Shown: positions 47,300 to 56,227 of the stretch, one piece after another
Position numbering within the stretch: the stretch's first letter is position 1
Layout of the letters: each line of letters begins with the position of its first letter
DNA from: an uncultured Verrucomicrobia subdivision 3 bacterium
GTDB taxonomy: Bacteria; Verrucomicrobiota; Verrucomicrobiia; Limisphaerales; UBA8199
Assembly: GCA_903913865.1 (NCBI GenBank)
Contig: CAIWMU010000039.1
Span: forward strand, 24,793 to 88,792
Length of the DNA: 64,000 nt
Reading direction: 5' to 3'
Notes under the pieces: model-generated
What the model was told of the DNA's origin: nothing
The model's input: only the letters and a program-made list of their open reading frames with translations
Database searches by the model: none
Program-made: the position numbers and the translations under genes

Positions 47300-48617
47300 C
47301 TCCATCCCGCTCCACAAGCTCGTCGAGGGCCTTTCCCCGACCCGCCTCAGGCGCACCCTGCGCCTCGGCTGGCGCAGCCTCTGGCTCCACCGCCTCCGCT
47401 CCCTCCTCACCGTCCTCGGCATCGTGTTCGGCGTCTGCTCTGTCATTGCCATGCTCGCCATCGGCGAGGGGGCCAGCTACGAGGCCCAGGAACAGATCAA
47501 AAACCTCGGCAGCCAGAACATCATCCTCCGCAGCACCAAACCGCCTGAGGAACAAAAACCCACCGACAAGGGCAGCCAGAGTTCCGTCCTCCAGTATGGC
47601 ATCACCTATCCCGATGTGCACCGTATCCGCTCCACGATTCCCGGGGTCTCCGTCGTCCTTCCCGCCCGCAACATCCGCGAATACGTCTGGCACATCAGCC
47701 GCCGTGTCGATTGCGAAGTGGTTGGCACCGTCCCGTGGTATCCGGAAATGCGCAACCACCAGGTCGCCCAGGGCAGGTTTTTCTCGGATGCCGACATGCA
47801 GGAGCGGCGCAGTGTCTGCGTGCTGGGGGCCGAAATGGTTCCCTCCCTGTTCCCCATGGAATCCCCCCTCGGCAAGCATGTCCGCGTGGCTGGTAATTAT
47901 TATCAGGTGATCGGCGTCATGGAGCCTTCCTCCCGCGTCGGCAAAACGGAGGAGCCGCAGGAATCCGGCCGCACGATCCTGAACCGCATGTTCATCCCTC
48001 TCGAAACCGCCAAACTCCGCTACGGCGAGGTGCTCATGCGCCGCCGCAGCGGCAGCTTCGAGGCCGAACGGGTCCAGCTGCACGAGGTCACCATCAAGGT
48101 CAGCTCCCTCGAAAATGTGCCCGGGGTGGCCGATGCCGTCCGCACTGTCCTGGAGCGCAACCACAAGAAGAAGGATTACGAAATCGTCGTGCCTCTGGAA
48201 CTGCTCAAGCGGGCCGAACGCACGAAGCAGATTTTCAACATCGTTCTCGGCTCCATCGCCGCCATCTCCCTGCTGGTCGGCGGCATTGGCATCATGAACA
48301 TCATGCTCGCCAGCGTGACGGAACGGACCCGCGAGATCGGCATCCGCCGCGCCCTCGGCGCCCGCCGCCACGACATCATCTCCCAGTTCCTCGTCGAGAC
48401 GGTCCTCCTCTCGGGTGTGGGCGGCGTCCTGGGGGTTCTCCTCGGCATCGCCATCCCCTTCATTGTGACCTATGCCGCAGGCATGAAGACCATCGTCACC
48501 CTCTGGGCCCCCCTCCTCGCCTTCACGATCTCCGCCATGGTGGGCGTGATCTTCGGCATCTATCCCGCTTTCCGCGCTGCCAGCATGGATCCGGTGGAAG
48601 CCCTGCGCCACGAATAG
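47286..48617 (+). CDS. ABC transporter permease (MacB_PCD + FtsX domains)
   Basis: Start at ATG 47286, overlapping the ATPase gene end. The N-terminal TM is [27 protein letters not shown], followed by a periplasmic domain. The C-terminal FtsX region reads [19 protein letters not shown]. Confidence 0.85.
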   Translation: MSASNSIPLHKLVEGLSPTRLRRTLRLGWRSLWLHRLRSLLTVLGIVFGVCSVIAMLAIGEGASYEAQEQIKNLGSQNIILRSTKPPEEQKPTDKGSQSSVLQYGITYPDVHRIRSTIPGVSVVLPARNIREYVWHISRRVDCEVVGTVPWYPEMRNHQVAQGRFFSDADMQERRSVCVLGAEMVPSLFPMESPLGKHVRVAGNYYQVIGVMEPSSRVGKTEEPQESGRTILNRMFIPLETAKLRYGEVLMRRRSGSFEAERVQLHEVTIKVSSLENVPGVADAVRTVLERNHKKKDYEIVVPLELLKRAERTKQIFNIVLGSIAAISLLVGGIGIMNIMLASVTERTREIGIRRALGARRHDIISQFLVETVLLSGVGGVLGVLLGIAIPFIVTYAAGMKTIVTLWAPLLAFTISAMVGVIFGIYPAFRAASMDPVEALRHE

Positions 48618-48666
48618 CCGCGATTTTTCAGTTCACCTTCCCGGCGGTTTTCCTACCCTCCTGTCC

Positions 48667-49464
48667 ATGCGCACGCTGCCAAAAAAATCGCTCGCCGCCA
48701 TGATCGCCGTCCTGCCCCTCCCGGGCGCACCCCTCTACACGGGCGATCCCGAGCTTGTGTTCCGCACCGCCATGTCCGATCTGGAGCACTACATCTGCGC
48801 GGGAGTCGATGCGATCGTCCTCGAAAACAGCCACGACCTCCCCTACATCAAGCCCCCCCTGAATCAGGCCGGTGTCGATCTCATGTCCCGCATCGCCACC
48901 GCTGTCCGCAGCAGGTTCCACGGCCCCGTTGGCATTCAGATGCTGGAGGCCGCCAATGAAACCGCCCTCCGAATCGCCTGCAAGGCGGATCTCGATTTCC
49001 TTCGTGTTGAAGGTTACGTTTTCGCCCATGTCGGCGGCGCAGGATTGATCGAGGGTTGCGCCGGAAAACTCCTGCGCCTTCGCAGGGAGTTGGGCTGCGA
49101 ACAGATCCAGGTCTTCGGCGATGTCAAAAAGAAGCACTGCTCCCACGCCCTCACCGGCGATCTCGACATTGTGGATGTCGTCAAACAGTCCGAGTTTTTC
49201 CTCGTCGATGGCGTGATCGTCACGGGGGCCCGCACCGCGGAACCCCCATGCCCGGAGGAATTGCGCCGGGTCCAGGCACAGGCCCGCGTACCGGTCCTGA
49301 TCGGCTCCGGAATGACTGCGGAAAACATCTCCACCTATTACCCCCTTGCCGACGTCTTCATCGTGGGATCCACCTTCCGCGAGGGGGGCCGATTCCTCGG
49401 CCCCCTGGAACCGGCCCGGCTCAATGAGTTCGTCCGCGCCTTCCGCTCCCAAAAACAGGCCTGA
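48667..49464 (+). CDS. BtpA/SgcQ family protein
   Basis: 265 aa with GVDAIVLENSHDLPY, LRVEGYVFAHV and VDGVIVTGARTAEPP, the pattern of the BtpA TIM-barrel family. Confidence 0.75.
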   Translation: MRTLPKKSLAAMIAVLPLPGAPLYTGDPELVFRTAMSDLEHYICAGVDAIVLENSHDLPYIKPPLNQAGVDLMSRIATAVRSRFHGPVGIQMLEAANETALRIACKADLDFLRVEGYVFAHVGGAGLIEGCAGKLLRLRRELGCEQIQVFGDVKKKHCSHALTGDLDIVDVVKQSEFFLVDGVIVTGARTAEPPCPEELRRVQAQARVPVLIGSGMTAENISTYYPLADVFIVGSTFREGGRFLGPLEPARLNEFVRAFRSQKQA

Positions 49465-49540
49465 GCCCGGAGGCCCACCCCTGGCCGGGATTGATAATGG
49501 ATGATCCCGTTGTTCCAAGCCGCAGGGCCGTCTTCTGCCT

Positions 49541-49565
49541 CCGGGAACCCGAATGGGGTTCCCGG
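49541..49565. terminator. 10-bp perfect hairpin between convergent genes (REP-like, possible bidirectional terminator)
   Basis: ccgggaaccc-gaatg-gggttcccgg. Related cccgaatgggg/cttcggggttcc motifs also occur at ~1706, ~1946 and ~4395. Confidence 0.45.
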
Positions 49566-49729
49566 AAGGGGGAGGTCGGTCGCCCATCACCGCCGTTTGC
49601 GGTTGGGGAGGTTGGTCCACGCCAACCGCCGCAATACCAATTGAAGTTGCCCAAATTGACGGACCTGAAGTCCTGCAAAAGCTTCGTTCTCTTTGTGTTC
49701 TTCTGTTCCAATTCCCCGTCGCGCCTCCC

Positions 49730-50749
49730 TCACTTCAGATCGTTTTCCAGCACGACCCGATACCTCGCCTTCCCGGCGCGCAGGTGATCCAGCGCCTCAT
49801 TGGCGCGGCTCATCGGGAACACCTCCGTCTTGGGTGCAATCCCGTGCCGGGCACAAAAATCGAGCATCAACTCCATATTCCTGGGATTCCCGACCGGTGA
49901 CCCGCTCACTGAACGCTGACCCACCAGCAATTGGAAGACAGGAATCTTCAAAGGCTCCAGCACAACCCCCACGAAATGCAGCCGGCCCTTTGGAGCCAGT
50001 GTCCCCAGCCAGGCCGCCCAGTCCATCGTCACATTCACCGTCACCAGCAGGAAATCCAGTGCTCCAGCCAGACCGGCGAGCTGTTTGGGATCCTTCGAGT
50101 TGACGGCGTGGTGAGCCCCCATCCCGAGCGCCTCGGCCTTTTTCGACTCGCTTGAAGTAAACGCCCAGACCTCGCAACCCCATTTGTTGAGGAATTGAAC
50201 TGCCATGTGGCCAAGCCCCCCGATCCCCACCACACCCACCCGGTCCGTCGGCTTGACCCCATATTCCACCATCGGGGTGAACACCGTGATGCCTCCGCAA
50301 AAAAGCGGCCCCGCTTCCGCAAGCCCCAGCTTCCCCGGAATCGGCACCGCCCACATCCAGTGGCACCGCACGCGGTCCGCAAAACCACCGTGCCGCCCCA
50401 CAATCGTCTGCTCAGCCGTGCCGCAAAGATTCTGGTTGCCGGAAAGGCACTGTGAACAGGCCATGCAACTCCCGGACATCCAGCCCAACCCCACGCGGTC
50501 CCCCACTTTCACCTTCTTCACCCTGCTCCCCACCGCCGCAACAATCCCGGTGGCCTCGTGCCCCGGCACAAAAGGATAGGTCGTCTGCCCCCAGTCATTC
50601 TCCAGCATCGACAAATCCGAGTGGCACACCCCGCAGTGGCTCACCGCAATCTCGACCTGTTCCGACCCAAGTTCCCCTGGGTTGTATTCATGGAGCCTCA
50701 GTTTCCCCGTCCTGGATTCGACCGCAAGTGCCTTGATCATGTTGCTCAT
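49730..50749 (-). CDS. Zinc-dependent NAD(P) alcohol dehydrogenase (CAD/YahK-like)
   Basis: Start at ATG 50749. GVCHSDL, PGHEATG, structural-Zn Cys cluster CMACSQCLSGNQNLC, and Rossmann motif GIGGLGH. Confidence 0.9.
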   Translation of the reverse strand: MSNMIKALAVESRTGKLRLHEYNPGELGSEQVEIAVSHCGVCHSDLSMLENDWGQTTYPFVPGHEATGIVAAVGSRVKKVKVGDRVGLGWMSGSCMACSQCLSGNQNLCGTAEQTIVGRHGGFADRVRCHWMWAVPIPGKLGLAEAGPLFCGGITVFTPMVEYGVKPTDRVGVVGIGGLGHMAVQFLNKWGCEVWAFTSSESKKAEALGMGAHHAVNSKDPKQLAGLAGALDFLLVTVNVTMDWAAWLGTLAPKGRLHFVGVVLEPLKIPVFQLLVGQRSVSGSPVGNPRNMELMLDFCARHGIAPKTEVFPMSRANEALDHLRAGKARYRVVLENDLK

Positions 50750-50872
50750 TGTAGTTGTGTGTTTACTGGTTTGTTCTAGAAGAAATAGATGGTGCAACAA
50801 CTCCCAAATAGCAAGCGCCACACACAAATGAGCATTCACGAACCCCACCGCCCACGCCTCGCACACGACCGG

Positions 50873-51991
50873 TCAAATCCCCAGCGATAACTGCGAGCCG
50901 CCCGGTCTTCGGAAAGCGGCGATGGAGAGTTCCGGCCCTTCCGGGCGCAGACCAGCCCTGCGTCGGGCAACGTCGAAGATGCGGGATACCTGCTCCGCAA
51001 CCGGCCCCTCCCCGCGCATGCGGCTACCGAATCTTGGATCGTTCAAGGCCCCACCCCGGACTGACCGGATGCGGCCAAGGATCTTCTCCCGCATCCCGGG
51101 GAAGTGTGTCTCGACCCACTGCTCAAAGAGTGGTGCGACCGCCAGCGGCAGGCGCAGCATTTCGTATAAGGCAAAAGAGGCTCCGGCAGCAGCAGCCTCG
51201 CCCAGTATGGAGGGCAGCTCGTGATCGGTCAGCCCCGGGATGACCGGTGCCACGAGCACTCCCACAGGAATGCCCGCCCCGGCCAGTTCACGGATGGCCG
51301 CAAGCCTCGCCACGGGAGGGGATGTGCGCGGCTCCAGCAACCCGCGCAGGTGCGTGTCGAGGCTGGTGATCGAGATGCAGACCAGGGCGGCGTTGCTGGC
51401 TGCCAGCCCCGCGATCAGGTCCGCATCCCTCGTCACAAGCTGGTTCTTGGTCACGATGCCTACCGGGTGATGGCAGCGGGACAACACCTCCAGGCACCGG
51501 CGCGTCAACCCGAGTCGGCGCTCCACCGGCTGGTAACAATCGGTGACCCCGCTCAACCCCAGGGGTTCCGGTCGATAGCCGGGCCGGGACAACTCCCGCT
51601 CCAGAAGCTCCGGTGCCTGCTCCTTCACCAGGATGCGGCTCTCGAAATCCAACCCTGCCGAAAACCCAAGATACTCATGGGTGGGCCGGGCATAGCAGTA
51701 GATGCATCCATGTTCGCACCCCCGGTAGGGGTTGATCGTGGCAGCGAACCCCACATCGGGACTGTCGTTGCGGCTGATGATGCTCTGGGAGAGGTCCCTC
51801 AGAAACAGGGTGCGGGGCAGCGGTTCCTCCCCGCCCTCCCAATCCCCTTCCCGTTCGAAATGAAAGGCTTCAAACCGGTTCGGCGGATTGCCGACCGCGC
51901 CGCGATGCCGATTTGAGGGGGCCTTGTCGATGCCAACAGCCTTTCCAGAATCCCCGGTGCTGGCCAGCAGAATCTCCACCGGTGCCCACAA
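50873..51991 (-). CDS. Radical SAM protein, PA0069-like family
   Basis: RGAVGNPPNRFE near the N-terminus and a CxxxCxxC cluster (CEHGCIYCY). The ORF opens with TTG at 51991 and there is no early ATG, so the start is uncertain. Confidence 0.75.
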   Translation of the reverse strand: MWAPVEILLASTGDSGKAVGIDKAPSNRHRGAVGNPPNRFEAFHFEREGDWEGGEEPLPRTLFLRDLSQSIISRNDSPDVGFAATINPYRGCEHGCIYCYARPTHEYLGFSAGLDFESRILVKEQAPELLERELSRPGYRPEPLGLSGVTDCYQPVERRLGLTRRCLEVLSRCHHPVGIVTKNQLVTRDADLIAGLAASNAALVCISITSLDTHLRGLLEPRTSPPVARLAAIRELAGAGIPVGVLVAPVIPGLTDHELPSILGEAAAAGASFALYEMLRLPLAVAPLFEQWVETHFPGMREKILGRIRSVRGGALNDPRFGSRMRGEGPVAEQVSRIFDVARRRAGLRPEGPELSIAAFRRPGGSQLSLGI

Positions 51992-52093
51992 TCACGACCC
52001 CGGCCGGAAACGGTGGTCGTGCCCGCGCTAAATAGTTTTCGACGCGGGATTGTCTGTGGATTAGCTTGAGGCACCCTGATCAAGCCGTTTTCC

Positions 52094-52570
52094 ATGTACA
52101 GATGCTCCATAACATTTCTGCAAGCAGTCATCGTGCTCATCTGTGTCGGGGTGTTTGCCTTCCTGCTTTTTGAACCCCCTCATGAGGGCCACAATGCGCA
52201 TGCCACACTCTTTGAGATCTACTTCAAGGATCCCTTTCTGGCCTATGCCTACCTGGCGTCCATCCCTTTTTTTGCGGCGCACCATCAGGCATTCAAGGTG
52301 TTGGGCTACGTGCGGCAGGAGAGAACATTCTCGCCGGTGACAGCCAAAGCCCTTCGGACCATCAGGCGGTGCGCGGTGGCCGTCGCCTGCTTTGTGGCGG
52401 TCAGCGTGGTCTTCATGGTGTCTGGCGACAGGGAGGACCGGCCCCCGGGACTTTTCATGAGGGTCCTTGTCGGCCTCCCCGCGATCACCGTCGCTGCTGC
52501 AGTGACGGTGTTTCAACGGATCTTGAAGGATGCCGTTGATAAGAAGGCCGGGAGCGATGCGAAGCCATAA
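52094..52570 (+). CDS. Small four-TM membrane protein (DUF2975-like)
   Basis: 158 aa with four hydrophobic segments. The family call is a weak impression only. Confidence 0.55.
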   Translation: MYRCSITFLQAVIVLICVGVFAFLLFEPPHEGHNAHATLFEIYFKDPFLAYAYLASIPFFAAHHQAFKVLGYVRQERTFSPVTAKALRTIRRCAVAVACFVAVSVVFMVSGDREDRPPGLFMRVLVGLPAITVAAAVTVFQRILKDAVDKKAGSDAKP

Positions 52571-52714
52571 AAAGGGCTCCATGGCGGCCGTTACCCACAA
52601 CCACCTCATGCCGGGGAGGCCGAAGATGAGGGCTTTGCCCCCTCCATCCCCCGGGTCTCATGCACGAAAACAGTCTCGACAGGGGACCAAGGTTGCCGAA
52701 ATCATGGTGGCACC

Positions 52715-55624
52715 ATGCTGAAGACGTCTGAGCCGCTCCAATATTTGCTGACATTGCCGCCCCGAATGGCGGCAGAGTTTCAGGCTTTGGAGGGGCGGCG
52801 GCGACCGGAATGGTTCGCGACCAGTGACCCGCCGGAGCTACCGCTCGGCTCCGGCGGCGGAACGGCGAATTTGCTGGTCTCCGCCTGGCGCGAGACGGGC
52901 GCCGACCTGACCTTCGGGGAATGGCTGCGCCAGAGCCGGAAGCTGATCATGCACGCGGGAGGCCAGAGCCGGCGCCTTCCCTCCTATGCCCCGGGTGGCA
53001 AGCTCCTCATGCCGATCCCGGTCTTTCGCTGGTCGCGCGGCCAGCGGCTTGATCAAAATCTGCTCGACCTTCAATCCCCCGAATACCAGCGGGTGCTTTC
53101 CCAGGCCGCCCCCGGCACGGTTGCAATGATCACGAGCGGGGATGTCCTCCTGCGATTTTCCCACAACCTGCCCCCGTTCCCGGCCGTGGATGTCCTCGGT
53201 CTCGGAATGTGGCTGGCACCGGAAAAGGCCCGGGACTTCGGGGTGTTCTGTTCCCCGCGCCAAAACCCCACGGAACTCGCCTTTTTCCTGCAAAAGCCCC
53301 CTGCCGCAAAAATCAGGGCTCTGGGGGAGGACTATTTCTGCCTGGTGGACACCGGGATGTGGCTCTTGAGCGAGCGGGCTGTGCAGGTGCTGATGGCCAA
53401 ATGTGGTTGGGATGAGAAATCCCAGTCCTTCGCGGGGGGGCGTCCCGCGACCTATGAACTTTATTCCCATTTTGGTCTGGGCCTCGGCAACCGGCCCACG
53501 CTGAAGGATCCCCTCCTGAATTCGCTCACCTGCGCCGTGCTGCCCCTGCCGGAGGCCCAGTTTTACCACTTCGGCACCAGCTGCCAGATGATCGAATCGG
53601 TCGCGGCGCTCCAGAATCTGGAGCTGGACGAGTCCAAGATGGGCACTGCAGGAGTGCGCCCTCAGGCGGATCAAGTGACCCAGAACTCCCGGTTTGGGGC
53701 CTCGCTGGAACGGGAGGGAAACCACATGCTGTGGATCGAAAACAGCGTGGTGCCCCCCTCATGGAAACTGGCCTCGGAACATGTCGTCACCGGCGCTCCG
53801 GAAAATGACTGGAACCTGGAGTTGAGCCCGGGAGTCTGTCTGGACTTTGTCCCGGTGGGAACCAGTGACTGGTGCGTCCGCCCCTACCACGTCAGGGACT
53901 CTTTCAACGGCCCCCTTGGAAACAAGGCAACCAACTGGCTCGGGGAGCCGGCCACGTCATGGTTTGCCGCCCGGGGTCTCGATCCATCCTCCTGCAATCT
54001 CGATCCGCTCGCCGATATCCAGACGGCACCCGTCTTCCCCATCCTCACCAAAAAGGAGCTCACGGGGGACTTTGTGCAATGGCTGATCGAGGCGAAGCCT
54101 CCCGAAAATCCCGGAGCGGCGCGCCGGTGGCTGCGTGCTCGCAAATTGAGCGCCCGGGAGATCATGGATCAGGTGAACCTCAGCCGCCTTTACCGGCAGC
54201 GCACCGCGCTTCGCCAGGCCTGCGCCCCACCGATGCTCAAGAACTTCAGACGCAGCGTCTTCTTCCGCCTTGATCTGGAATCCACAGCCAAAATCTTCGC
54301 CCCGGCCAAAGGCAGTGTTCCGGAGTTGGAGTTCACCGCCCACGATGACCCGTTGCAGGTGGTGCACGACCGGATGTTCCGATCCGCCGTGATGCGCCAC
54401 CGCGGCAATCCAGCCTGGCCGAAGCAGGAGGGCCTGGCCTTTGCCAAGCTCCGCGAAACCATCGCCCTCGAAGCCCAGCTCGCCCCCGCAGCCCCACGCC
54501 CGAGTGTGCTGGGGGATCAGATCGTCTGGGCCAGAAGCCCGGTGCGGCTGGATCTCGCCGGGGGCTGGACCGACACCCCTCCATACTGCATCGAGCATGG
54601 CGGAAAGGTCTTGAACGTGGCGGTGGACATCAACGGCCAGCCCCCGATCCAGGTCTTCGCACGCCTGTGCAAAAAACCGGAACTGGTGATCCGCTCCATC
54701 GATCTCGGCCTCGAGGAACGGATCAGCACCTTTGCGCAGCTGGAGACCTACGCAAGGCCGGACAGCGGCTTTGCCCTCGCAAAGGCAGCCCTGGCCCTTG
54801 CCGGGTTCCTCCCCCGCTTCCATGCGGGCCGGAACCACTCCTCCTTGGAACGTCAATTGCGCGACTTCGGCGGTGGCATCGAGCTTTCCCTCCTGGCGGC
54901 CGTGCCCAAGGGTTCGGGACTCGGCACCAGCAGCATTCTCGCCGCAACGGTTCTGGCTGCGCTCGGCGACCTCTGCGGGTTGAACTGGGACCGCCATGTC
55001 CTCTTCAGCCGGACACTGGCCCTCGAGCAAATGGTCACCACCGGTGGCGGCTGGCAGGATCAGGCCGGAGCGATTTTCCGGGGCATCAAACTCATCGAGA
55101 CCCAGCCGGGGCTTCGCCAGCCCCCCTCCGTCCGCTGGCTGCCCCACCACCTCTTCGACCGCGATTATGCAAACCGATCGGTCCTGCTTTACTACACTGG
55201 AATAACACGGCTCGCAAAAAACATCCTCGCCGAGATCGTCCGGGGCATGTTCCTCAACAGCCCCAGGCACCTCTCCATCATTGCAGACATCGGTGCCAAC
55301 GCCGACTTCGCAACCAACGCAATCCAAAGCTGCGACTACAACATGTTGACCCGGGCCATCGCAAACAGCTGGTCCCTCAACCAGCGACTCGATCCCGGCA
55401 CCAACACCCCGCCCATCCAGACCATCCTCGATTCGGTGAAGGACTTCCTAGCCGCATCCAAACTCCTCGGGGCGGGCGGCGGCGGCTACCTCCTCATGCT
55501 GGCCAAGGATGACCTTGCCGCCATGCGGATCAAACAGACCCTGGCGGCCAATCCGCCGAACAAGCTGGCCCGGTTCGTGGACTTCACCGTCTCCGAAACC
55601 GGCCTGCATCTCACCCGCAGCTGA
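52715..55624 (+). CDS. fkp: Bifunctional L-fucokinase / L-fucose-1-phosphate guanylyltransferase
   Basis: 969 aa. The N-terminal nucleotidyltransferase-like half has PLGSGGGTANLL. The C-terminal GHMP kinase has PKGSGLGTSSILAATVLAAL and LLGAGGGGYLL. Size and order match Bacteroides Fkp. Confidence 0.85.
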   Translation: MLKTSEPLQYLLTLPPRMAAEFQALEGRRRPEWFATSDPPELPLGSGGGTANLLVSAWRETGADLTFGEWLRQSRKLIMHAGGQSRRLPSYAPGGKLLMPIPVFRWSRGQRLDQNLLDLQSPEYQRVLSQAAPGTVAMITSGDVLLRFSHNLPPFPAVDVLGLGMWLAPEKARDFGVFCSPRQNPTELAFFLQKPPAAKIRALGEDYFCLVDTGMWLLSERAVQVLMAKCGWDEKSQSFAGGRPATYELYSHFGLGLGNRPTLKDPLLNSLTCAVLPLPEAQFYHFGTSCQMIESVAALQNLELDESKMGTAGVRPQADQVTQNSRFGASLEREGNHMLWIENSVVPPSWKLASEHVVTGAPENDWNLELSPGVCLDFVPVGTSDWCVRPYHVRDSFNGPLGNKATNWLGEPATSWFAARGLDPSSCNLDPLADIQTAPVFPILTKKELTGDFVQWLIEAKPPENPGAARRWLRARKLSAREIMDQVNLSRLYRQRTALRQACAPPMLKNFRRSVFFRLDLESTAKIFAPAKGSVPELEFTAHDDPLQVVHDRMFRSAVMRHRGNPAWPKQEGLAFAKLRETIALEAQLAPAAPRPSVLGDQIVWARSPVRLDLAGGWTDTPPYCIEHGGKVLNVAVDINGQPPIQVFARLCKKPELVIRSIDLGLEERISTFAQLETYARPDSGFALAKAALALAGFLPRFHAGRNHSSLERQLRDFGGGIELSLLAAVPKGSGLGTSSILAATVLAALGDLCGLNWDRHVLFSRTLALEQMVTTGGGWQDQAGAIFRGIKLIETQPGLRQPPSVRWLPHHLFDRDYANRSVLLYYTGITRLAKNILAEIVRGMFLNSPRHLSIIADIGANADFATNAIQSCDYNMLTRAIANSWSLNQRLDPGTNTPPIQTILDSVKDFLAASKLLGAGGGGYLLMLAKDDLAAMRIKQTLAANPPNKLARFVDFTVSETGLHLTRS

Positions 55625-55634
55625 AACGGCCGGC

Positions 55635-56216
55635 ATGATGAAATCCGCTGTATTTCTGGACCGCGACGGAACCCTGATTGAGGATCGGCATTACCTCCAC
55701 AAGCCGGAGGAAGTTGTCATTTTCCCGGGGGCCGTCCACGCACTCGCCCGGCTTCTGGATGCGGGTTACGAGCTGTTCATGGTCACCAACCAGTCCGGTG
55801 TGGGCCGGGGCTATTTCACAATGGCCGATGTGGAGAACGTCCACGCGCATCTCACCCGGGAACTGGCACGGGATGGCGTCCGCCTCACCAAAATCTACAC
55901 GGCGCCCGAGGCGCCCGACCAGCCCGGCAGGGGTCGCAAACCCTCCCCGCAATTCCTGTTCGATGCGCGGGAGGAGTTCGGCATAGACCTCGCATCCAGT
56001 TACATGATCGGCGACAAGGGGATCGATCTTGAGTGCGGCCTGAACGCCGGAGTTCACAAAAGCATTCTCGTGCGAACCGGCTACGGCCTCAAAGCCGAGG
56101 CCAAATGCGGAGCAAACCCGCACCCCCACATCATAGCGGACGACCTCGCAGCGGCGGCAGACTGGATTCTGGCTCAGCCCCCCCGGAAGGGATCAACCCC
56201 GCAACCCACCAAATAG
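55635..56216 (+). CDS. HAD-IIIA phosphatase (GmhB / histidinol-phosphatase-like)
   Basis: Start at ATG 55635: AVFLDRDGTLIED (DxDGT), VTNQSGVGRGY, GRKPSP, MIGDKGIDLECG. Confidence 0.8.
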   Translation: MMKSAVFLDRDGTLIEDRHYLHKPEEVVIFPGAVHALARLLDAGYELFMVTNQSGVGRGYFTMADVENVHAHLTRELARDGVRLTKIYTAPEAPDQPGRGRKPSPQFLFDAREEFGIDLASSYMIGDKGIDLECGLNAGVHKSILVRTGYGLKAEAKCGANPHPHIIADDLAAAADWILAQPPRKGSTPQPTK

Positions 56217-56227
56217 AAATCCATCCC

